Source: Heterodontus francisci (lineage: Eukaryota). Taken from it: a DNA stretch of 64,000 nt. The stretch lies in contig NC_090399.1 in NCBI RefSeq assembly GCF_036365525.1, positions 46,346,430 through 46,410,429 of the forward strand, written 5' to 3'. This document shows, piece by piece, positions 49,345 to 61,609 of the stretch. The first letter of the stretch is position 1. Every line of letters starts with the position of its first letter. Both the position numbers and the translations under genes were made by a program. The notes under the pieces were generated by a model, which searched no databases, was not told the DNA's origin, and saw nothing but the letters and a program-made list of their open reading frames with translations.

Positions 49345-52300
49345 AGAAATGAAGTTGGAAGGACTTCACTCTTCTTCGAAAATGGCTTTATAGTTCTTAC
49401 ACCTCTTTCCACTTCACCATTTGATTGTGGATACAGTTGTGAACTTGTGAGATGTCGAAATCCCATTCTTGTTGCAAACTGTGTGAGATATTCATTCGCA
49501 AATGGAGGATTGATGTTTGGTGTTTAATTAGCTGCCCGAGAAAATAGAAATTATAATAAAGTCTTTGCAGATCACGCTTCCTATTATGGTCTTCAAATTC
49601 CATACAGTCCAAGTTCACTTGCAGTCTTCCAAGGTCCGATGAGGGAAGAATCCTTTCAGAGATAAGAATTCAGCAGTTCAGTTCAGCATTTGAAGCATCA
49701 AACTTTTCTTCTGTCTTCTAGCGATGAACACAGCAGATCAATAATTGGTTATTTTCTTCAAGGATTTCATCTGGCTTCAAGTTTTTAGAAGAGAGAGAAT
49801 AATAAACTAACTTCTCTTCCTTCAGTTTAAATGGTCTGAGAGCACTTCTTTCTCCCTTCTGGTGCTGGCATGCAGCTGTGTCAACTACCTGTGCCTGCCA
49901 GCCAGTTTCAAAGTTAAATGTCATTGTATTTCGTCTCTTCTTGATTTGAATGGTAGCTAAGCAACTAGAATGCACTTTCGCTCAGTCACTGGAACTTGTT
50001 CCCTTAAAGATGTACTGATCCCTTACAGGCTTAAAGGTGCACCGCTTATAAAGAAAAAGGATCATGACACGTCCGCCCCTGGTGAAATGAAACACCATTC
50101 CCGAAATGCGTTTCATTACAATGTCAAAAAATAGATATTGAAAAACACTAACATTTTTTTCCCATATGTAGATATACTATTTTCCTAAAATGGTACGACT
50201 ACAGCAACAAGTTCCATCAGAACATTTTCAGCTTTAAATTTTACAAAGTTTGTCCCAATTATCCCATTTCAACCTTCCAAATATAGCCTCCCAGTTGTTT
50301 TGTGTTTTCCTTCCAAGTGTCCCTATTGTCCATCACCTCAGCCAGGTGAGCTGCACAGCTAGGAGCACTGACCACTACTGGGTTCACTATTCTCTGAGAA
50401 GTTTCTCAAGTATTTCTTAATCTATGTGGCATCACTTGACACTGGAAAACCCTGTCCGGTGTAACAGAATCTGACCTTTCCTTATCTTAGGGTGTCAAAG
50501 GAATTTGACAGAATCCCTCCAACATATCTGTCTCTTTAAGACACATTGTGTTGCCCACTCTGTCCATACAATCCTTTAAATGAGAATTTAGATAGGAGTC
50601 GGCCTTCTTTACCACAGTGACTTTTCTAGAGTCTATGCAAGTTTGAGCCGACTCACCAGGTTTAGTCATCAAGACCATCTGCGAATTCCAGCTGTCCTGA
50701 CTAGGTTCATCTGAGCTGCCCTTCTGTCTGCATTGTACCTCCGCTTCCACTTGGGCCTGTCTGTCTGGACCTAAGTGACAAGGATGTTGTTTTAAAGGAA
50801 TGGCTCCCCCTATACCCACATCATGTGTGGCTAAGGTTGTGCATCCTGGCTCATCCCTACAAACTCTTTTAAACAACACTGTTTTGTCTCTAAGTGCAAA
50901 AATATATTGTCGAATTTTCCTAGCCGTTCTGTATTCGCTAATTTGATTGTTGGAGGTTCATTCTGAGAATTTCCTGGGCCTGCTTCTGCCTCATCCTCAT
51001 TATCCTTTTCCTTCTCAACAGTCCCAATTACCTGAAATACCTGTACTGGCTTATCCTGCTGCCTGTGATAATATTGCTTTAGCATATTGATGTGACATAA
51101 CCGGTTCTTCTTCAGGCAATCAGGGGTGTTTATCAAGTAATCTACTTTACTTACTCTTTTGATCACTCTATATGGGCCACTGAACTGTGCTTTCAATGGT
51201 TCTCCCTGTAATGGTAACAACACTAATACTTCATCCCATGGTTGAAACTCACGGGCTTTTGAATTCTTGTCTGCCCATTTTTTCACATTGGCTTGGGATG
51301 CTTTAAGGTGTTCCTGAGCTACACCATAAGCTTTTGTCAGCCTTTCCTGGAACACAGATATGTAGTCTAGTATCGAAGATTCATTCTTTTGTTCCAAGAA
51401 TCTGTCTTAAGTTTTAGAGGACTTTTTACTTCTTGTCCGTAAACTAATTTGAAAGGACTGAAGCCTATAGACACATTCGGTGAGTCTCTGGTGGCAAATA
51501 AAAGAAAATCTAGTCCTTTATCCCAGTCACGTGGATATTTGTGACAGTATGTTTAAATCATTGTTTTGAGAGTTTGGTAAAATCTCTCTAAAGCTCCCTG
51601 TGACTGTGGGTGACAGGCTGAAGATTTCAACTGTCTAATCCTCAAATTGCCCATGACTTCCTCAAATATCCTAGACCTGAAATTAGAACCTTGATCTGAT
51701 TGAAATTCAAGTGGCAACCCATACCTAGTAAAGAATTGGGTTAACTTTTCTACTACTGCTCTACTGTTCTCAAAGGAATGGCCTCTGGAAATCGAGTAGC
51801 CATATCCATGATAGTAAGTATGTATTGATGTCCCACTTTTGTTTTTGGCAAGTGTCCTACAGTCTACTAACACCCTGCTAAATGGTTCCTTAATCACTGG
51901 TATGGGAACTAGTGGTGGCGGTTTTATGGTAGATTGAGTTTTTCCCACCATTTGACATTTATGGCAAGTCCTACAAAATTGTCTCACATCCTTTGTAAGA
52001 CCTGGCCAGTAATAACGTTTGCTTATGTGTGATTTGGTCTTCGGAATTCCCCTATGTCCTGCAAAAGGAATGTTTTGTGCTAACCTTAATAATCTTTGGT
52101 GATATTTAGGTGGTACCACTATCTGTTCAACAACTGTCCAGTCTTCGTCAGCAGGTCTATGAGGCAGTCTCCATTTCCTCCTCAAAACCCCGTTTGCAAT
52201 ATAATAGCCTTCTGGAAATCCTTTCGCCTCAGCTTCTGACAGAGCCATCTGTGCTATTCGATATATCTCTGGATCAGCTTGTTGTGCTACAACAATAGAT

Positions 52301-52355
52301 GATCTGTTAAACATCTCATTTGTATTATCTAAATCCCCAATAAGGTTTCAGATGC
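49345..52355 (-). mobile_element. Gmr1-like Gypsy element: integrase, truncated RT, 3' LTR (begins 50069)
   Basis: AGHRGIPKT..CRTCHKC, QSDQGSNF, QGALERF, FSGPY, then IPLKQHP..LEGFCQIPLT (RT start) downstream of IN; LTR begins TGTCATGAT after a G-rich tract. Confidence 0.85.
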
Positions 52356-52876
52356 TTGGCTATCTATTTGTGGTGCCCCTTTTACCTCCGACAATGGATC
52401 CTGTTTAGTCATTGCTTGAAGAGGCCTGAAGACTCAGGGGTGGGGCAGCCAAATCCAGTAAGGGCCCCTGTGTTTGTATTGGTGTTGCACACAGGGAGCT
52501 CCCTCCCCACCCCAACTGCCTGCTCGGGACAGCTGGAGTTGCCCGGGTGAAGACTGTCTTGTTAAAATCAGAAGAGGAGAATACCGGGCGGCTCCAGCTG
52601 TCCTGGGCGAAGAAGCCTCCCCCAACTGGAAGACAACAAACAAGTTTGGACTAATTGTGATAAAGGTGCTCCAACTGGCAGTTGAAACAAACATCCTTTT
52701 CAGCCTTTCTCTCCCTTCCTCCACTCAGTCGCCTCAATCACCTATCCTCCCCTTTTCCTTTACCATCCTACGCCATCCTCCTCTACTCCCACTCCACCTT
52801 GTTTAAAGTTTGCTTTTTTAAAAAAATTGTGTAAATTTGTTTTGTTTCTTGGGGGTGGACGTAGCTCTTAGACCCC

Positions 52877-54916
52877 ATGGCAAGCCCCTCTTCGCCGGTG
52901 GCGGGGCCTTCCCGTTCATATGCTGCTGCGGCTGCTGCAGCTGCACCTGTTGCCCCGTCACCGTTTGCTTTATTAACAACGAAGCATGGGGTCAAGAGCT
53001 ACGTCCACCCGAACATGACTATAGAGGCATGCGTGAAAGCAATGGCCGAGGTTGTCGGCCCTTCGGCCATTGTTGCAGCCTCTAAAATGTACGGGAAGGC
53101 AGTGTTTTTCCTGAAGACCGAGCGGGCGGTGTCCCTGGCTCTGAGCAAGGGGCTCACCGTGGGCGGGACCTTTCTGCCAGTGGACCCCCTGGAGGCCACT
53201 GCGCAAAGGCTCATTTTATCCAATGTCCCACCCTTCATCCCTGGTGAGCTCCTCCTTCCCCACCTGCACCATCTGGGGGAGGTAAAGACGGGGCTCACCC
53301 CAGTCCCGCTCGGTCTTCGGGAGAACAGCCTCCGACACGTCTACTCCTTCCGCCGCCAGTTATTCATGCAGCTGGCGCGGGAGGAGGTGACAGAGGGCCA
53401 CTTCAATGTAGAATTCCAGGGGACGGCCTACCGCGTCTTCTGGACCTTGGACGGGGTGCGGTGCCATGTCTGTAAGGGGGTGGGGCATGTTCGTAAGAAC
53501 TGCCCCAACCTCCCGGCTGCCAACTCCAACTCAGCGGCCCAGGGTGGCGACGCTGCACCTCCTCCCACCCCCACTACACCACCACCAGATACCATTCAGT
53601 CGGTACCGGAGGCTGTGGTTTTCACGGCCTCCGGCAGGGAGGGGGGTGACCGTCCAAGTGGAAGGAAGGCGCGGAGGAGAAATAAACATCGAGAGGCGCG
53701 TCCCCTGGATATCGTGACACTACCCGAGCCTGAGCTCAGCCCAAGGCCAAATCTCGGGAAGTCAAGTTGCCCCAGGGCTGGGCTCAGGCCCAGGGTGAAT
53801 AAAAAAAAGGAGAGTGTGGAGGTGGAGGCCTCTGATGATATGGAGGTCTCTGAGCCTCCGCACACAACTGGGAAAAAGAGGAGAAGGCACCCCTCCACAG
53901 AGGTAACAAGGGGCCCTGAGGCGCAGGGCCCATCTGTTGGAGGGGAGCTGCCTCCTGTTTCGGGTCCCCAGGTTTCCCCTACCGCCACCACCAAGGCTGC
54001 AAAGTCCGGGCAGGTGCTCCCTATTCCTCAGGACGGAGGGGAGGGGATGGCCCCGGTACATGAGGCCCCTCCTGAAGGAGTAAGTGGGGCCCTGCTTGTG
54101 GTGGGGGAGCCTGGGGAAGCCGCCCATTCTTCCACTGCTACTGGGTCGGGTGTCCTGAATGAAGGGGAGGGCGAGGCCCCAGAGGGTCGGGCCTCCCAGC
54201 CGGAGTCCACCACCAACCAGGAGACACCCGACCCAGTTATAACTGAGAATGCTGCCCCACCTGCTGGGCCTGTGGGTGCTGGCGGAGCGGGAGATAGCCT
54301 CCTCCCTCCGCCTCCAATCTCGGCTCCGGCTGGTTTCCCGGAGTCGGGAACTTCTGTCTCCCCTGGACCACTCATTGCCCTGGGGACGGAGGTGGAGGGG
54401 GGTCCTGAACCGCTGGTGCCTACAGGCTCCAGTTTCACAATAGAACCCAGAGAGGACTCCTCTGCCATCGATCCTGGGGGTGGGATCGTGACGGAGGCGG
54501 GACCAGCTGGCGCGGCCGGGACGTCCGCCCCACAGTGTGTGGTGGATGTGTTGGCCGCTGGCGGTGATGACCCGGAGGAGGATGGGGATTCGGTGCGGGG
54601 CACGGAGGATGATCTTGATTCCATCGCCAGTGAGGTGGTGGAGTCCCTCGTGCCTCCCACCGAATCTCCTCTCATCCCCACGGCGGAACTCCGGGATTTC
54701 CTCGCGGCTTGCAGGGGTTGCCGCAATAAAGTTCAGCTGGCCCTCGACCGTTGGTCGAATCTGGCGCTGATCATCCAGTCCGTCCGTGCCGCCCTTAAGA
54801 TAGCGGGCAAGCGCGCGGACGTGAAACTGGTTGAGAGGCGCCGTTTTAATGTGTTCCTCAATGGGTTGCTGGGGGAGTGGAGGGCCAGGTGCACTTCCAC
54901 TCCCTCCTCACAGTGA
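52877..54916 (+). CDS. Tx1 ORF1 (gag-like nucleic-acid-binding protein, 679 aa)
   Basis: SAIVAASKM..VFFLK, ILSNVPPFI, HVYSFRRQ, CHVCKGVGHVRKNC; uninterrupted ORF. Confidence 0.88.
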   Translation: MASPSSPVAGPSRSYAAAAAAAAPVAPSPFALLTTKHGVKSYVHPNMTIEACVKAMAEVVGPSAIVAASKMYGKAVFFLKTERAVSLALSKGLTVGGTFLPVDPLEATAQRLILSNVPPFIPGELLLPHLHHLGEVKTGLTPVPLGLRENSLRHVYSFRRQLFMQLAREEVTEGHFNVEFQGTAYRVFWTLDGVRCHVCKGVGHVRKNCPNLPAANSNSAAQGGDAAPPPTPTTPPPDTIQSVPEAVVFTASGREGGDRPSGRKARRRNKHREARPLDIVTLPEPELSPRPNLGKSSCPRAGLRPRVNKKKESVEVEASDDMEVSEPPHTTGKKRRRHPSTEVTRGPEAQGPSVGGELPPVSGPQVSPTATTKAAKSGQVLPIPQDGGEGMAPVHEAPPEGVSGALLVVGEPGEAAHSSTATGSGVLNEGEGEAPEGRASQPESTTNQETPDPVITENAAPPAGPVGAGGAGDSLLPPPPISAPAGFPESGTSVSPGPLIALGTEVEGGPEPLVPTGSSFTIEPREDSSAIDPGGGIVTEAGPAGAAGTSAPQCVVDVLAAGGDDPEEDGDSVRGTEDDLDSIASEVVESLVPPTESPLIPTAELRDFLAACRGCRNKVQLALDRWSNLALIIQSVRAALKIAGKRADVKLVERRRFNVFLNGLLGEWRARCTSTPSSQ

Positions 54917-54948
54917 GCTGTTGGTGACGGGTTTTAAGTACCTTTGAC

Positions 54949-57900
54949 ATGAAGATAATCATAGCCAGCCTCAACATCAACGGCAGCAGAGGGGCTCACC
55001 GCAGATTTCACAATCTCTCAGTCCTTAGGGAAGGGAGATACGCGGTGAGCTTTCTGCAGGAAACCCACACCGTTCCGGGAGACGAAGCCACCTGGCTCCT
55101 GGAGTGGCAGGGTGGGGTCTACATGAGTCACCTCACCCCTATTTCTAGTGGGGTGGATATCTTGTTGGCCCCGACTTTTCAGCCGGAGATCTTGGGGGTC
55201 AAGGAGCTAGTGCCGGGCCGCTTGCTCCACCTCGCCGTTCGCCTGGGTAGCGTGCCGCTCCACTTTGTGAATGTGTACGCGCCCAGGCCCGGCGCTTTGC
55301 AAGCGCGCTTCTTTGAAGAAGTGTCCGCTCTCTTGAGCTCCATCGATAGCGGCGAGTGCATCATCCTCGGGGGGGATTTTAACTGCACCCTCGAGGTGGG
55401 GGATCGCTCCGGTCCCCAGCGCGGCCAAGCGTCGGTGGAGAAGTTGAGGGGACTGATCAGCTCCCTTAACTTGGTGGACGTCTGGCGGAATCTCCATCCC
55501 GACTCCAGCGCCTTCACGTGGAGGTCTGGAGGAGGGGGGTCGCGAATCGACCGCCTCTACATTTCGCAGGCGTACGTCTCCCGCGTTTCGGCGGCCTCCA
55601 TGCGGCTGGTGCCGTTCTCGGACCACCGCCTGGTGTGGGCGGAGTTCACTCCGCTCCGCACGCGGGCGGGGTCCGCGTACTGGCACTTTAACAACCGGCT
55701 GCTGGAGGACGTGCGATTTCGGGACTCGTTCTGTCGATTCTGGGCCGACTGGAGAAGGAAGCAGGGGGGCTTCCCCTCCTTGAGGCTATGGTGGGATGTG
55801 GGCAAGACTCACATCCGCGTCTTCTGTCAGGAGTACGCGAAGGGGTCGACCAAGAGGCGGGAAGCCGAGATCGGGCGCCTTGAGAGGGAGGTGCTCGACT
55901 TGGAATCCCGCCTCGGTCATGCCGTCGCGGACCCGGCCCTGTGGCAGGCGTACAAAGAGAAGAAGGGCGCGCTGAGGAACCTGCAGCTCATAGGGTCCCG
56001 AGGCGCGTACGTGAGGTCGCGGATCCAGATCCTGGAAGATTTGGACCGCGCCTCACCCTTCTTCTACTCGCTGGAAAAATGGCGGGGGGTCCGTAAGCAG
56101 CTCGTCGAGCTGCTGGCCGACGACGGATCCTCCATCACGGATCCGGAGGGAATGGGCCTCCTGGTCCGGACGTATTACAGTGCGTTGTTCTCTCCGGATC
56201 CGTCCAGTGAGGATGCGCGCAGAGTTTTGTGGGAGGACCTGCCGCAGGTCAGCCCGGAGGGCGCCGAAGGATTGGAGGCTCCGCTCACGTTGGCGGAGCT
56301 GACTGGCGCCCTCCACCAGCTCTCGAGGGGCAAATCCCCAGGGCTGGATGGGTTGACCGTGGAGTTCCTCAGGGCGTTCTGGGACGTCCTGGGGGACGAT
56401 TACGAGCGGGTCCTGGGGGAAAGCCTGGCAACCGGGGAGATGCCCCTCTCGTGGCGCAGGGCGGTCATCGTCCTGCTGCCGAAGAGGGGCGATCTCCGCC
56501 TGCTTAAAAACTGGCGTCCGGTCTCCCTCCTCAGCACGGATTATAAGATCTTTGCCCGGGCTATGTCTACCCGCCTGGGCTCCGTGCTGGCCCACATGAT
56601 CCACCCCGACCAGTCCTACACGGTCCCGGGCCGGTCCATCCAGGACAACATCCACCTGGTCCGGGACCTGATCCATCTTTCCCAGAGGACTGGTCAGTCG
56701 GTCGCCTTTCTCTCCCTCGATCAGGAGAAGGCGTTCGACAGGGTGGATCACGATTACCTTTTCGGGACTCTGCGCGCTTTCGGACGTCCGACTTTTATAC
56801 GCCGCCGCAGAGTGTCTAGTCAAAGTTAACGGGTCCTTGACGGCGCCCCTTCGATTTGGGAGAGGAGTGCGTCAGGGGTGCCCCATGTCCGGCCAATTGT
56901 ATACCATCTGCGTGGAGCCCTTCCTGTGCCTGCTTCGCAGGAGGTTGACGGGATTGGCTCTGCGCGAGCCGGCCATGCGGGTCGTCCTCTCGGCTTACGC
57001 CGACGACGTGCTCCTCACAATCACAGATCCCGTTGACTTGCGGAGGATGCGCGACTGCCAGCAGACCTTTTCTGCTGCGTCCTCCGCGAGGATCAATTGG
57101 GAGAAATGTTCCGGACTCCTGGTTGGTCAGTGGCGGGTGGACTCCCTGCCGGAGGAGATGACACCTTTTGCGTGGAGCACCACGCACCTCCTCTATCTGG
57201 GAGTCCACCTTAGCCCCGCTGAGGAAGCCTGGCCGGCAAACTGGCAGGAGTTGGAGGCGAAAGTCACCGCTCGGCTGGGGCACTGGACAGGACTGCTCCG
57301 AGTGCTTTCCTACAGGGGCCGAGCGTTGGTCATAAACCAACTGGTGGCCTCCATGCTGTGGTACCGGTTGGTCACTTTGGCCCCGCCCCCTGTATTTGCC
57401 ACCAAGATCCAGAAGAAACTCGTCGATTTCTTCTGGGGCAAGAGGAAACACTGGGTCTCTGCCGCGGTCCTGAGTCTCCCGATCGAGGAGGGCGGTCAGT
57501 CGCTGGTGTGCGTCCGCACCCAGGCTGCGACTCTCCGCCTTCGGACCCTGCAGAGATACCTGTACGTCGAGCGTCCTCCCAGATGGTGTGCGCTGGCGAC
57601 GTATTTTTTCCGCCAGTGTCACTGCCTTCAAGACGACACGCAGCTCCCGGTGGAGTCCGTTAGCCGCGCCTCTCTGAGGGAGTTGCCTGTCTTTTACCGG
57701 GATCTTTTCCGAGTCTGGAACATGGTCGCCTCCAGTCAGGGCGCTCCCCCGCCGGCGGAGGAGAGCGCCTCGGCTGTCCGGGCGGCCGACTCTGGGGACG
57801 GTCCGGCGGGCGGAGGAGTAGCCGAAACCCCCGGGACGCCCCTCACTGCGGGTGGCGAGGGGGCTCGGGAGTGCGGAGCGATCCCGGCCGAGCTGACCCC

Positions 57901-58663
57901 CGCTCGGCCGGAACTGCTCATCGGACCCAGGCCCCGAAACCCTCCTCGGGAGCCGGTCCCGCACAACCCGAGCCGCCTCTCGGAAATGCCCTCCGTGCCA
58001 TTCCAATCGGCGCGGAGGGGTTTCCTGTACGGGCTGCTCCTGCACACTCTCCACTTCCTCGCCCTCGTCAGCCGGCCGGACACGCCCTGGCGGTCCGCGT
58101 TGCCATCTGGCGGCGAGGGGAAACCCCGATGGAGGTCTCTCTACGCGGGAGTCTTCCCCCTTTACATCGGGGACCTGGGGTGGAGGGTGCTGCACAGAGC
58201 AGTCCCGTGCAATAGGCTTTTAAGTAGGTTCACGGACTCCCAGGCCACCTGTACTTTCTGCGGCCTGGACGAGTCCGTGTTCCACATTTATATGGAGTGT
58301 GCGAGGTTGCAGCCCCTATTTGAGTTTCTGAAGGGGCTGCTCCTCAAATTCTGGCTGCACTTCAGTCCCACGCTCCTGATCTTTGGGCACCCGGTGCGGA
58401 GGGGCTTGGGCCGGGAGGAGGATCTCCTCGTCGGTCTGCTCCTGGGCCTGGCCAAGGTGGCAATTCACAGGTCCAGGTTGCGGGCCGTCGGGGGGTCCGT
58501 CCTCCCCGATTGCCTGCCCCTCTTCCGCGGTTACGTTCGCGCCCGGGTGTCCCTGGAAAAGGAGCATGCGGTGTCCGCCGGTACGCTTGAGGCCTTCCGC
58601 GACCGGTGGGCACCGCAGGGACTGGAGTGCATCGTCGACGCCGAGAATGGCATTTTAATTTGA
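54949..58663 (+). pseudogene. Tx1 ORF2 (APE-RT-zinc finger), broken by a small deletion at ~56785
   Basis: SLNING, FLQETH, GGDFNC, FSDH, NWRPVSLLSTDYKI, LDQEKAFDRV | GVRQGCPMS, YADD, CTFCG..H..EC. Confidence 0.92.
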
Positions 58664-58832
58664 GTTTTTTTTTTTGTTTATTTATCTGTTTTAATAAAGT
58701 TATTTTAAAACTGTAAATATGTACATAAAGAGGGCCTGAGGGATAAAGGCCCCCTCGATGTGAAAAATATAAAAGGGGCCTGGGGTATAAAGGTCACCTT
58801 GTAAAAAAAAAGAAAAAAAAAACAAAAAAAAA

Positions 58833-59047
58833 CGGGTTAGATACAGAGTAAAGCTCCCTCTACACTGTCCAAAAAAAAAAAAACGGGGGTTAGATACAGA
58901 GTAAAGCTCCCTCCACACTAAAACAAAAAAAAAAAACAAAAAACGGGTTAGATACAGAGTAAAGCTCCCTCTACACTGTCCCCATCAAACACTCCCAGGA
59001 TTGGTACAGCACGGGGTTCGATACAGAGTAAAGCTCGCATTACACCA
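58833..59047 (+). repeat. Repeated CGGGTTAGATACAGAGTAAAGCTCCCTCTACACTGTCC units separated by A-tracts; native unit 68 bp
   Basis: Copies start at 58833, 58884, 58944 and 59012. Confidence 0.95.
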
Positions 59048-60196
59048 CCCAACCCCCGGCCCCCGGAATGCCAACACCTCTGTCTCAATCATCAAGAGAG
59101 AAAGGGGGAAGCATTTGTCCACATAGCTCCCGCTTCGCAGACGTACATTGATCCAGTGAGACTGACAGTCCATAATCCGCTACGTGCATGGCCCTTGTGT
59201 TGTTCTTCATTGACATAATTGAGGAAGGTTTTGCAGGCTGCACAGACACTGGCCCATGGCACTGCCTATCTGTGAATCAATGTAAGTCTGCCGAGAATGC
59301 CTAATGCATATACATTTCTTCCCCAAACTCTTAAAAGCAAGAGATTCTGTATAAAAGTTGCTGTTATTTCCAAAAATACACCAATACAGATTGTCAATTA
59401 ATTTATAAACCTCAAGCATGCCATATTTATTCTGTAACTGGTCGGGGATCCTTACAGAAACTACGTCACTGCAACTGAAAATGCTTTCCAAAAATCTGTA
59501 AATGAAATGTATCCTGTTCTCCCAGTACGTGTTCAAGAAGGATCTGCTCTCCCAACACAGCAGAATGATCCAGTTCACAAGGAGACCACTCAGCCCATTG
59601 CATCTGTCCTGGCTCTTTGGCAGAGCTATCCAATTAGTTTCACTCCCCTGCCCTGTCCCAATAGTCTTGTCAATTTTTTCCCTTCAAGCATTTCTCCAAT
59701 TCCGTTTCTCCAGCTGTGCCCCCTCGATTATCGGCACTGCCTCAGGCGAGTGGAACCGCTCAACTTGTATCTCATCCAAGTAGCCCTTCAGTCAGTTATT
59801 CAACCATGGAGGGCATCAGAGATGAGCACAGGCTTGTTTTCGCCCACTCACACGCAAAACCATACCTGCTTGCACTCCCTGGTAGAGATCACTGGACAGA
59901 AACTCAGCAGCAGAAACGCTGCCGACCTTTCCTCACTATACTTTATTGGGCAATGAAGTCAACTGGGCCTCCTTACACTTTCTGCAAGGCCCAGCAAACC
60001 GAGCACAAAAACAGTGACAGAGTCCAGGGTCTCGACAACCTGCTGCTTCTGGCTGAGTCCCGGACACTGACCTGGACACCCAATTTCCGCCACCCCAAAC
60101 CCTGAATCGCAAGAGGAGCCGCCGAGGGCTCTCACGCCGCTGTCTCTCTCTTCCCCAGGGTTCAGAGATTCAGGTCTTGCGCATGGACATTGACTC

Positions 60197-61442
60197 AAAG
60201 AACAAAGACAAAGAACAAAGATAATTACAGCACAGGAACAGGCCCTTCGGCCCTCCAAGCCTGCGCCGATCCAGATCCTCTCTCTAAACATGTTGCCTAT
60301 TTTCTAAGGTTCTGTATCTCTTTTCTTCCTGCCCATTTATGTATCTGTCTAGATACATCTTAAAAGACGCCATCGTGCCCGCATCTACCACCTCCGCTGG
60401 CAACGCGTTCCAGGCACCCACCACCCTCTGCGTAAAGAACTTTCCACGCATATCCCCCCTAAACTTTTCCCCTTTCACTTTGAACTCGTGTCCTCTAGTA
60501 ATTGAATCCCCCACTCTGGGAAAAAGCCTCTTGCTATCCACCCTGTCTATACCTCTCATGATTTTGTACACCTCAATCAGGTCCCCCCTCAACCTCCGTC
60601 TTTCTAATGAAAATAATCCTAATCTACTCAACCTCTCTTCATATCTAGCGCCCTCCATACCAGGCAACATCCTGGTGAACCTCCTCTGTACCCTCTCCAA
60701 AGCATCCACATCCTTTTGATAATGTGGCGACCAGAACTGTACGCAGTATTCCAAATGTGGCCGAACCAAAGTCCTATACAACTGTAACATGACCTGCCAA
60801 CTCTTGTACTCAATACCCCGTCTGATGAAGGTAAGCATGCCGTATGCCTTCTTGACCACTCTATTTACCAGCGTTGCCACCTGCAGGGAACAGTGGACCT
60901 GAACAGCACAATCTCTCTGGACATCAATTTTCCCCAGGACTTTTCCATTTACTGTATAGTTCACTCTTGAATTGGATCTTCCAAAATGCATCACCTCGCA
61001 TTTGCCCTGATTGAACTCCATCTGCCATTTCTCTGCCCAACTCTCCAATCTATCTATATTCTGCTGTATTCTCTGACAGTCCCCTTCACTATCTGCTACT
61101 CCACCAATCTTAGTGTCGTCTGCAAACTTGCTAATCAGTCCACCTATACTTTCCTCCAAATCATTAATGTATATCACAAACAACAGTGGTCCCAGCACGG
61201 ATCCCTGTGGAACACCACTGGTCACACGTCTCCATTTTGAGAAACTCCCTTCTACTGCTACTCTCTGTCTCCTGTTGCCCAGCCAGTTCTTTATCCATCG
61301 AGCTAGTACACCTTGGAACCCCAAGCGCCTTCACTTTCTCCATCAGCCTGCCATGGGGAACCTTATCAAACGCCTTACTGAAGTCCATGTATATGACATC
61401 GACAGCCCTTCCCTCATCAATCAACTTTGTCACTTCCTCAAA
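60197..61442 (-). mobile_element. Young 5'-truncated CR1, probable TSD GACTC
   Basis: 346-aa open RT C-terminal ORF (GVPQGSVLGP, FADD); (TTCTTTG)n tail; GACTC at 60192 and 61443. Confidence 0.93.
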
Positions 61443-61609
61443 GACTCTTTCCCCTCTCAGCTGCCAATCTCACCTCTGACTTATCAGCAACAGCACACTG
61501 CAAAATCGTGACATTTCGACAAAACGTTAGCCTGCAATTGTGTCAAACAGGATCAATTCACAAATGTTCGTCAGTTTGCAGTGCTTGTTCGCCAGTAAGA
61601 CGGAGACTG

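Larger units (their letters stand above)
52356..58832 (+). mobile_element. Near-full-length young Tx1-clade LINE
   Basis: 5' UTR, intact ORF1, ORF2 with a single frameshift, AATAAA ~58693, poly(A) 58803-58832; GC/CpG-rich. Confidence 0.95.

Noticed and set aside
56053-58195. Long antisense ORFs (256 and 459 aa)
   Set aside because: Shadow ORFs of the GC-rich Tx1 ORF2 with no recognisable domain
59207-59578. 123-aa minus-strand ORF as a host gene
   Set aside because: No recognisable domain, starts beside a repeat fragment, and length is within chance expectation
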